DNA from: Nitrosopumilus sp.
GTDB lineage: Archaea; Thermoproteota; Nitrososphaeria; Nitrososphaerales; Nitrosopumilaceae
Assembly: GCA_965206745.1 (NCBI GenBank)
Contig: OZ242220.1
Location: 1,568,001 to 1,632,000, forward strand
Direction: 5' to 3'
DNA: 64,000 nt
The notes beneath the pieces are model-generated. The model was not told where the DNA came from and did no database searches. It saw only the letters and a list, made by a program, of their open reading frames with translations. The translations under genes and the position numbers were made by a program. Below, one piece after another: positions 1 to 12,000 of the stretch. Positions within the stretch are counted from its first letter, which is position 1. The number at the start of each line of letters is the position of its first letter.

Positions 1-3000
1 CTGGTACCAGTTGTATGTTGAACTCCCCATTGCTAGAGTCGTAATTGCGTGGTGGACATAGTGTAGCGCTGGAAGGTTCGCATGCTTCAAACTGAAACTC
101 GACGACATTCAAAAGAATGTCACGCACCAAGACTGGGTTGTCATCAGGCCCCATGGCTCTTGCAGTATTAAAAGCAGGCAAACCAGGTGGAAGCTCTTCT
201 GCACTGAGTGGAAGGTGCAGTAGACCGTCACCTGCAACATTAGTTACACCAAGTACCAATGGATTTGTTTGAGCGGCACTATCAGTAGGGGGGACCATTA
301 TGTTAAAGTCTACTGCAATATTACGTGATCGTTCCGTAAATTCTGGACTGCCTACAATCTGGTCTTGACACTGGTCAGCAAAACTCTCCTCTATAGTCAC
401 ACACTGTTCTCTAATAGTATATGGTGATTGTGGGACTCCATCAATAAGAGTTCCTTCGATTACATCCGTACATATCTCAACTGTCTTGAAAGACACATCA
501 CGACATATTGGCTCACTTAGGACTGCATCGACTCGTATTTTACATGATTCAGACGAATCATAAGATGCACCATTACATCGTTGTTCAGCTAAGACTGCTC
601 TTGTGTCAGTTGTATTCTGTATTATTTCACAACTTTCTCTTACCCTATCGTTCGGATCCACACATGCTCTTAGAACTGATGTATCGACACTCAGGTCATC
701 ATATAGAACCAGAGTGATATGGCATATTTTGCCTTCATCTTCTACAGTTGGAATCCACGAGAATTTACCACCCAGAATATTGGCAGTATCTATGTTACAG
801 TCATCATTTTCTAGGAACCACTGAGCGTCACGGGTAATGGTGTTGACAGGTGTAAATGTAAAATTAAAGGGATCTCCTACGTTAGCTTGCCTCTCCAATG
901 TAAATCTAAATGGATCTGGCAACAATATGGCCAGGTCATTTGTACCAGTCACCAAGTCATCGTCACTATCAATTACTGTTATTATACCAGACTGGGTTGA
1001 TATCTCAGGCGCTCTTACTCCAGGTAATTGTCTAGGTACGTCGCTAGGGGATTCTATATTGTCACAGAGGCCGCTGCGGGTGTCGAACGTTTGGCATGTA
1101 CGGTCGGGAAGATCTGTTGTAAATGCAGTTCTTAGTCTTGTTACTGGATTACCTTCTTCATCTAGTACTGGATTAAGTACTGGATTAAGTACTGGATTAC
1201 CTTCTTCATCTAGTACTGGATTACCTTCTTCATCTAGTACTGGATTATCTTCATCTAGTACTGGATTACCTTCTTCATCTAGTACTGGATTATCTTCATC
1301 TAGTAGGATATCGGATATGATATCACCGTTTTCATCTAGTACGTAGACTATGCCGGGGTTGCCAACAGTATACGTAAAGGTGTATGTTTTAGGACCTACT
1401 GGATTCGTTTTAGAACCTTCTGGATTCGTAGTGTCGTGTCGGAAGGTGGCTGAGAAATCACCGCTTGCCGTATCAAAAGAGTCTGTGATGTATGTAGGCA
1501 GATTGCCACCAATGATGTCGTATACGTACAAATCATCTCCAACATCTGCTGCTGCTCTTGAAAGACTAGGAAGGTCTGCACCCTCTGAGACTGTCAGTTC
1601 GTATGGGGAAAATGGTATGTGTGGATTGACAAATAATGCAAAGATCCTTGTTGCTACAAATGACGTCTCAGGGTCGTTTGGATCAGTTGATGGCGCAGTT
1701 AGGGAGATGGCGACCTGACATATTGCGCCTCCATCAGTAGGAGCTGGGGTCCATCTGAATGTTCCATTGTCTGCATCAATTCCGCTTGCACCCACTTGAT
1801 CACAGCTATTAGTCAAGAGTCCAAACTTGAAACCTGTGGGATCTGCAACGATGGGTTCAAATACAAATCGGAATGGCTCATCTACGCTCTTTGTTCTGTC
1901 CGAGTCCTCAAATGCAGATGGCAGTTTTATGAGATGTGGTACCGTGAAATTCTGAGATATGGTAGTAAATATTGATGATGTAAAATTCTGTATTCTTGAG
2001 GGATCATCAGAATAAGTTCTGGAATCTGTCACTCCAAATTTGAATTGTAATATAGTGTCATGATCTTGCAGACGAGGAGTCCAAGAGAATGCTTGAGTGC
2101 CTTCATCAAATGTTGCACCCGAATCATCGACTCCAAGACTTGCGAATACTCCAGCTAGACGGATGATGATGTCAGAATTATCAGGTAGCGTAATAGTTGT
2201 TCCTGCAGCATACACGACTTGGTCTATACCTCGTCCGTTGTACAGAGCTGAATCGGCATTGTAGGATAATATGTATTGGTATAGTGATTCTTTTTCTGCT
2301 GCTGATAGGAAAAAGCCCCCTATGTCTCGAGGTGTGGGATTTGTTATAATGACTGCACTATCGCCTGGAGCAGAAGGAGGTTGAATAAGTAATACTGATT
2401 TTTCAGCAAGTTGAGTAGCGCTTCTGATATCTCCGATGCGCCATGTTAGCTCATCGCCATCAGGATCAGAGCCTCTCAGGGTGAATGCTACGAGTTCACC
2501 CACGCGAGGTTCTGTATTGACAGTATCTGAAATAGGATCTATTGTTGGAGCCCTGTTAGGAGTGGTAAATTCATGATATACTGGGTCTGATTCCACTCCA
2601 TACTGATCAGTTAGTAGAAATTCAAACCTGACGCCATTGTTGATATCAGCTTGAGTTGGGGTCCAACTGAATCGTCCGCTGTCTGCATCAATTGTTCCAT
2701 CCGTAGGAGGATCAGATGTCACACTCCACGTGAGAGTATGGCCGTCAAGATCAGAGCCACTCAGGGTGAATGCTACTAGTTCATTTGCGTTAAGCATGTC
2801 AGGGAGAACGTCTGGGCCAATTACTTGGATTTTTGTAGGCCCTTCTACGAATGTACCGATCTCTGTTGTACATACACCGCTGGGGTCACGGTCTCCGTTT
2901 TCTAGTGTTGGACAGGTAAGAACATCTCGTGGTACTGAAACGGTCTCTGTTGTACATACACTGCTGGGGTCACGGTCTCCGTTTTCTAGTGTTGGACAGA

Positions 3001-6000
3001 CAAGGACATCTTGTGTTATTGAAACGGCCTTTGTTTCACATTCACCGCGGGGGTCACGGGCTCCGTTTTCTAGTGTTTCACAGACAAGAATATTTCGTGT
3101 TACTGATATATTATCACTTGAAACGGTCTCTGTTGTACATACACCGCTGGGGTCACGGTCTCCGTTTTGTAGTGTTGGACAGACAAGGACATCTTGTGTT
3201 ATTAATGCAGGATCATTTGAAACAGTCTCTGTTGTACATACACCGCTGGGGTCACGCTCTTCGTCTTGTAGTGCTGGACAGACAAGGACATCTCGTGTTA
3301 TTGATACACTTGAAACGGTATCTATTACCGGTGCCCTGTTAGGTATGACAAACGCAACAGATACTGGTTCAGACCTTGCTCCTCCATCGGGACATTGTCT
3401 GCTAGTACTGGCAGGTGGTAAAGTATCTGTAGTATCAGGAGGACTAAGTGTACAATCCGCTTCAGGATCTACACCGGCAGGTATGTTTCTGGGCTCACTT
3501 AGGTAGAAGGTGAACGTGATAGCGGCATTGCGATGCTCAAATAGACCATTATCGACAGGCATTGTCCTTTGGACGTGCTCTGGACCTGGCATCCATGTGA
3601 ATACTCCGCTGTTCTGATCAATCCTTGCACCCACATCATCAACAGTACTAAACCACCTAGCGTTCACATTGTCAATACCATCATTTCCGATATTAGCATC
3701 ATCAATGAAGCTTGTGACGTTAGTTTCTACACTCCATTCCAGATCAGCATTGTTATCAGGATCAAAGCCTTCCAGGGTGAATGATACAGTTTCACCTGCG
3801 GAAAAATTCCCAGGGATGTATGAAAAACTCTTCACAGTTCCATCTGGTAGAGTGACTGTAGAAGGTTCGAGTTGAATGGACGTTAGATCTTCACCCACCA
3901 CGAATGTTGGATTATCAAGAAGGATAGAAGGTGCAGGACGAACCCTACCAGTATCAGGGTTTACACGTGTACCTGGTTCATTGAACCTTAGATCAAATGT
4001 TGAAGTGACGAGGTTGAGAGCCTCTATGAGTTGAGTTAGGCGTTCCTCGGTAAGGGTTTCCGTAGGGATGTCTATTACCGGTCGTTCGTTTCTATGCAAT
4101 ACTGTGATGAATGCAGGCTGACCTCTTGACACGCCACCATGTTCATCACTATACTCCCAAATAAAGAAAAAGACCTTGGCCGCATCTCTAACGGTCTCAC
4201 CAGGGCCAGGAGGATCCACGGTATCAAGTGGGAATGGGACTGCAAAGTGACCGGTATCATCCAGGCCATCTATAACATCACTCCTATCATCCCTAGTCAG
4301 ATTTGCAATGATGGCAAAAGCTGTAGGATCTGAATCCAGAACAGCCTGCTGTTCACGAGTGAGCTCTACGGGTGGAAGTATTCGGTATTGAACACCGGTT
4401 GGTATGGGGTTTTCAGGACGGTTTGTAACTGCATCAGAAAGGGGCGGAATAGCAGAAATGATTCCACCATCAGGAGCCCTAACATAAGGAAGGACTGTAC
4501 CATCAAGACTGAATGATTGAGGATCAACGATCACACTATCAGGATGCGGGATGAATCTGCCATCAGAATCTGTGAAGGGTGTATTAGGAGGATACGTGAT
4601 GTATGTGCCATCACGAAGCATGATGATTCTACCAGTAGAATCTGTGAAGAGTGTGCCGTCAGGCAGTGTAACGAGAAAAACGACTTCATCAACATCAGAC
4701 TCGAATACAGTTGCGCGGTATTCTCCAAATTCTGGCAGACGTGGATTTGGACCAACATACTCTGGATCATCAGGATGTGCAAATACAGAGCCGTCATCAT
4801 TGCTCACCCTTACCTGGGAAGGGCGATCATAGAAGGTATCGCCAATATGGTACCTGAAAGTAAAATCAAAGATCTCTATTTCTTTAGGGGTGTCAAATAC
4901 TGCAACAGTATTATTCCTTCCAAATTCATCACGAGTGGTTACTATAGTGAAATCTCCCTTGGTGTTGTCAGCTATGGTAGTAACTGGGAATGTGTTTGCA
5001 AGTGAACCACCCAGTACATTTGTATCTATATTTCCAAACGAACCATTGTTTGCATATAGAGAATTTCTGATATGGTCAGGCAGGGTTCCACCAGATCGGA
5101 TTTCAAATCTGAGATCGAAACTCGTTGGCTCTAGTCCGAAAGGATACGATACAGCTTCGCCAAGGGATGGAACTATCTGTCCCTCAACTACCGCCATATC
5201 ATATATGGTGAAAACCGGGTCAAATACCGTTAATGCATGGGACAGGGTGGAGCTCAAAAGGTCAGAATCAGTGGCAGTAAATGTAAAGTCAACTAGTGCA
5301 TTGCTATGCTCTGAACCCGGAGTCCAGGTGAATACTCCAGTGTCTGGAGCAATTACTGCATCTACAGGAATGTCATTACGAATTGTAGGTATGGCTCCAA
5401 GTACCTGTTCGGTTATGATCGTGCCATTTGGATGGCGGGCTGGAACATTTCGATCATCACTAGTATCACCAGGAGTGCCATTATCATCAAGTGTGAAAAC
5501 TGTCTTCTCAATCAAGCCTTCTGTAAAGGTAGTCACAACATAGTCCAGACTCCATGTTACACCCCGATCCTCAGGATCATTGGCCACCAGGTCAAGCTGT
5601 ATTGGTTGACCCACAAAAGTTTCACTGAGTTCAATAAGTCTAGTGGTGTCACTTGAAAGTGGCTCTATTATCGGAGGATCGTTTCTTTCTAGTATATTAA
5701 ATACATAAGATACGAAATCAGTCCCAGTTACACCGCGTATGGTACTCCCAGGTATCAAATCCCCATTTGTATCACGTGTGCCAAATCCAGGTAGAAGACC
5801 AGGGAGGTCATTTAGTTCAAACTCAAATATGAAAGTCCTGTCAATCATATCTATTGTGGGCGTCCATGTGAATGTCGTGGTTGCTCCGATAGTCGGATCA
5901 AGGGTTGCACCCAAGTAATCATCATCATGACGGACTATTTCAAGATCAAGATTATGTGCAGTGACGATAGCAGGATCATTTGCAGGATTTGTACTAGGCC

Positions 6001-9000
6001 TCCCCTCTCCAATGTTGGCGATAACCTCGGTGGTGTTACTTATACGCCATGATAAATCACTATCACTACCGTCAGGATCAGAAGCTGTCAGGGTGAAGGT
6101 TATCGGTTCAATAGGTGTAACCTCATTTATGAAGTGATCACCAGCAATAACTTGCGTAGGAATACCTTCTACTATTTCAGGAATATCTTCTACTGTTTCA
6201 CATACAGAGTCTACAAGAGTTAAATCACTCCTTTCTACAGTCGAGAATGTAATCACAATTTCGCCATTTACTGTCTCTTCAGTCCGCTTTATGAATACAA
6301 TTTGGTCGTCTATGATTTGAAGGCAGGCATCAGTGAAAGTATTTGAAGGCTCTATTACAGGAGGCTCGTTGCCGTTACGTACTATTAATCTGCCAGTATA
6401 GTTGACTAGTGGCTCGTTTGGATCAAGGGATCCTCTTGTATTATCATCCTCATACGTCCAAGCAAAGAGATATGTTATTACATCATTTTCATCCACATCT
6501 CCATCTCCATCTGCATCTGCATCCCCTATCAGATCATATGGGAATGAGACTGTTGTGTCAAAGTAACCATTTGATGAATTCAGGGAATCAATGATGTAAT
6601 CAGGCAATACTCGGGTGTTGGGGGGTAATGGTATTGCCGGATTGGGTAAGGTAAAGTCAGGTAGGATTTGAATGTCGACATTCAAATCACGGATCTCCTC
6701 TAGCAGGATATCAGGATCGGAATTAAGAGGAGGATTGTATCTAATCAAGGGATCAGCTGGATTAAAGAAACTAGGAATTAGCGCACCCTCGCTTGTTACT
6801 TCATTGTATAGCCTGATTTCTGGCAGGCCGCTATCATGTACTGTTAGTGTGGCAGTAAGAGGAACTGATGTTGCATTGGCACTAATATGCCTCCAAGTAA
6901 AGGTATAGTCTACAGGATTCCCTCCAAGTGGTACTGTGTCATGTGGGACTAGGAAAGATCCAATTGTCGGATTAAAGCGGGCTGCGAAACTAGGAGGAAG
7001 GCCTCCAATATCTACGAGCTCATAGCTGACATCAAACAGGTCTGCATACGAGGTCACATTGTCTATTCTATCAAACCCACTCTCGCTCAGCAGGAATATA
7101 GGATTTTGGACTGGTGGTCCATCTGGATTAAGAACCTCATCAGCAGATCTTGGTGTATAATCATCACCTGTTGGTATCAGTGTAGGAGGAGTAACTAAGC
7201 TAGAAAAGAATACAGTTTGGTTTCCTTCGATTATATCCTCATCGTATGAGTCAAATGTTGGAAGGATTTCAGAGCTGGAAAATATTGGCAAGTCGTAAAA
7301 TATGTTCGAATCTGCACCCCTAGCATCAGTCGCGTTAAATTGGAATCTCATCGATTTGGCGATATCACCATTACCGGCATCGCCATCATTTGGAGTCCAT
7401 CTGAATGTTCCATTGTCTGGATTAAGATTTGATTGCAAGGCAGCAGTTCGATCATCATACGTAATTATGAAATTTCTCATTCTTTCTTCGGTTATGGTTG
7501 TGCTGACTGTGTTTGTGGTTATGCCGTTTATGACTGTGGTTGTAGTTGTGACTGTGGTTGTGGTTCTGGCTATGTCGTCTCTGGTTGTTGTAGTTGTGAT
7601 GCTTGGGGTTGCAGTTGCACCGTTTATGGCTACAGTTGTACCGTCTAGGGTTATGATTGTGCCGTCTATGGTTACAGTTGAACCGTCTTTAGCTATGGTT
7701 TTGCCGTTTATGGTTGCAGTTGTGCCGTCTATGAGTGTGGTTGAGCCGTCTATGACTGTGGTTGAGCCAGTTGTGGTTATCGTTGTGCCGTCTATGACTG
7801 TGGTTGTGACGTTCAGATGGTGTGTAGTTACATTCCTAATATTAGCCGGATCGGTATTAGGTGTGAATGTGAACAGGGTGGCATTTAAGAGCTCCCACTC
7901 TAGAAGAGGATCACCATCATCATCACTATATTCCAAATTAATTGATAATGATGTATCAAAGCTCAAGGTATCTGGTTCAAATAATGCAGGTATATCGTAA
8001 AGTGCTGCAGGGGCATCATCTGGAACTGCTATTGTTGGGGGGGTGTTTGGCTCGCTTATGACAAACTGGTGCGATACAGTAGAGGCAGAAGATACTGTAA
8101 ACAGACTCTCATCAATGTTAGGAGTGTCAAGATCATTAGGTACAGGATCATCAGGTACATTGTCTGTCAAGTCAGTACCAAATGGGTATCTCAAAGTCTC
8201 ATTAAGAACAGTCGTAGGATCATCCTGACGAATGGTATATGCTGCAAACTCAAATGTGTAAATTTCATCAACGTGCTCTGCTTGTGGGGTCCAAGTGAAT
8301 ACACCACTCGATTGACCAAGTGTCACACCCAAGTCGGTAAGCATTTCATTCAATCGGGTAGTGTTTTGAGGATATACAATCTCATGATCAAACGCAGTAA
8401 TATCAAGCGGATTCTCATTATTTACATCAAGCGCACTCGGCCCTATCTCTCCAAGTATACGCGCCACAGAGCTATTGGTTATATGCCACATTATATCATC
8501 ATCATCATCAGCATCCGTGCCGTTGAGGGTAAATCGTACTTGTTCACTCGAGTCAATTTGTGTACGGAAATTAATTGGGCCTATTACTGGGGGTTGGTCA
8601 GTGTTTACTACTGTAATTGTGGCATCAAAGTCACCATAAGTGGTAACGCCATCAGTGTACCTCCAAGTAAAGGTAAATACCCTATCATCCCCGTTAGTGG
8701 TGTCAAATGGGAATTGAATTGCTGAATGGCCTGAAGTAGTTCCAATACCAAAGCTACCATCTGTAGAGTTAAACCTGGCATCCCTAGCGTTAAAATCATT
8801 ATCAGTACCAGGAACTCCATATAGGGCATCTAGGATATTCTGAGGCAGGTTTCCATTAGATACGATGCGGTATCGAGAATCAGTTTGTGGGGAGTGGTCA
8901 TTAGGTAAATTAGCTACACTAGAAAGACTGGGAATTTCGCGCTGCTCAAATACCACCACATTGTATGGATCAAAGGTTACTGTAGTAGGTGATGATGCAT

Positions 9001-12000
9001 CAGGGTCTGGACGATCACGCACTAGCAAGTGAGCACCGAATTGCACCAGATCATTGTTATCATCCTGATATGTCCAAGTGAATGCATAAGCTTGACCATT
9101 TGATCCAGGATCTGTGGTATCAAATGGGAATGTTACTCCAAATTCACCAGTCGAATGATCCAGAGAATTTATGATGGTCTGAGGCAGATATGCAGTCCTG
9201 TTGATGCGACCTGGCTCTGGAGCCATAATGTCATATCTGATACCACTTGGAAGAGCTCCAGAATGATCAACTTCAAGGGAGAGAGGAGGAATTGTAGAAC
9301 CCTCATTTACATCTCTGTTGTATGGGTTGATATCTGGGAGAGTGATTGAGTTTACCACCGTAATCTCAAGAGTTGTCGTACCTGTCCTACCGGTACTATC
9401 AGTTACAGTAAATGTAAAGTCATGAACACGTATATGGTCTTCCGTAGGAGTCCATCTGAATATTCCATCTGAATCAATGCTGGCACCCAGAGCAGTATCA
9501 GGATCCACACTAAATGTTAAGACCTCGTTATCATCAGGATCAGAGGCAATCAAACGAACGGATACCGCAGTACCGTTAGTAACTTGTATAGTAGCAGGAG
9601 ATAAAAGGGTAATTGTTGGATCGTTTGGAGTGTCAGATATAGTTAGTCTGGCAGTCTGTTCTGTCTCTATTCCATCAATCGTATAACTCCAGGTATAGTC
9701 ATAGACTACATTGGGTGCTCCAGATTCTATGACATCAGATGGGACAGCGTTGACAAGAAGTTCCGGAATTATCAAATTAACAGCATCAGAGCCAAGATAT
9801 GCAAAGTTTCTAAACGTACCATTGTTTGTATACAGGGAATCTTGGAGGTATCGGGTCAGATTAAAGTCGCCTCGAAGAGTGCCTGTAGTCACTTCACCAG
9901 ACACTATGCGGAATGTGAGGTCTGAAGGAACGAAGGAAAATACGCTAGATAAATCAGTAAGTGAATCGCCCTCAGATACTGTGCTATCCAATGACGATGG
10001 GGGAATAGTTACAAAGATGCTATGAGGTGCCATAGCTGTCGTACTGGAACTATCAGTTACAGTGAATGTAAACTCGTGGAGGCCGATATCCATTGCAGTT
10101 GGGGTCCATGTGAATACTCCACTTGAATCAATGGCGGCATTGCTCGGTTTAGGGTCCACATCATACGCCAAGGTATCACCAGTGCCTCTCAAAGTAATGG
10201 TTACCATCGAACCGATATTAATTTCTGAAAGAGCATCAGATGGAACGGTAACTGTTGGAACGGTAGCTGTTGGACCGACTGGAGTGTCAGATATAGTTAG
10301 TATGGCAGTCTGTTCTGTCTCTATTCCATCAATCGTATAACCCCAGACAAATTCATAGACTAGACTGCCTGTTCCAGCATCACTTAGAATATTAAATGGA
10401 ATGCCTACAGTACCATCTGGAAGCGCAGCGAGACTAAAACTACCATCGCTTGTAGATAGGGAATCTATGAGATACTGGGTCAGATTGAAGCTGCCCTCAA
10501 GATTACCTGTAGTCACTTCGCCAGATATTATCCTGTATGTGAGGCCTGAAACAGAATGGGAAAATACGCTAGATAAATCAGTAAGTGGCTGGCCCTCAGA
10601 GACTGTGTGAACAAATGGCGTTACATCGACTACAGTAATCTCATGAGTTACCGAGTCTGTATTATCAGTATTATCAGTTACAGTAAATGTAAATTCAAGT
10701 GGACCTGGCGACTGCGTTGAATCAGGTGTCCATGTGAATACCCCAGTGGTAGGATCAATTGCGGCATTGCCCGGAGTACGGTCCACACTATACTCCAAAG
10801 TACCACCATCAATATCAGAGGCGTCCACATCAATGGTTATCGGGGAATCAACTATGACAGTCATAGGGGCATTAGATGGAACGGTGATTGTTGGAGGGGC
10901 TGGAGCGTCAGCTATACTTAGTCTGCTAGACACTTCTGTCTCTATTCCATCAATCGTATAACTCCAGATATATCCATACTCCACTGTGTTACGAATTCCA
11001 CGATCATCTATTCCAGATTCTACGACATCAAATGGGATAGCATTGACAAAAAGTTCCGGATTTATCAAAGGATCACGCTCTAAATTTGCAAAGTTTCTAA
11101 ACGTACCATTGTTTGTATACAGGGAATCTATGAGGTACTGGGTCAGATTAAAGTTACCTAGAGTATTGCCTCTAGTCACTTCACCAGACACTATGCGGAA
11201 TGTGACGTCTGCAAGGGATGATTCAGAGAATGCTTGAGATAAAGGAGGAATTTCGAAGCCCTCTGCTAGTATGTGAGACATACTCGTATCAAAAGGGGGA
11301 AGAGTTACAAAGATGCTATGAGGTGCCGTAGCTGTCTGACCGGCACTATCAGTTACAGTGAATGTAAACTCGTGGAGGCCTATATCATCTGGACTTGGAG
11401 CCCATGTGAATACCCCAGTGGTAGGATCAATTGCGGCATTGCCCGGACGAGGATCCACCTCATACGAGACAATAAAACTACCATCACCATCAGTGCCTAC
11501 CACTTCAATGGTTATCGTGGAATCAGTGGTACATAAACTGGTACACTCAGGAATGGAACTAGATATGACAGTTGAAGGAGCATCAGATGGAACGGTAACT
11601 GTTGGAACGACGTCAAGGTTGTTTATAGTTATTGTGTCAGTATACTGTCCGATCATTTGAGCACCAATATCAAAAATTTGCCATTCAAGGTCAAAGACTA
11701 TGCGATCGTCTGCAGAATTTACGATAACAGGTGGAATGAGGCTAGTATCGCCTGCAGGATTTACGGGAAATGCAATGCCGTTAGTACCTCTTGGAAGCTG
11801 ATCGAAATTAAAACTACCATCACTTGGAACTAGGGAACCTGTGAGGTACTGTAGCAGATTAAAGCTGTTTTGAGTCGAGCCTTCAGTTATGGTAACACTT
11901 CTTATATTGGGCGAACCCGAGAGTGGAGTAAATAGAGACAAATCAATAAATGGACCACCCTCTGATACTTCGAAATTCAATGACGGTCGTTGGGGGTTGT

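Noticed and set aside
1141-3320. Tandem repeats as a possible CRISPR array
   Set aside because: Units are in-frame coding repeats without unique spacers, and no cas genes are present.
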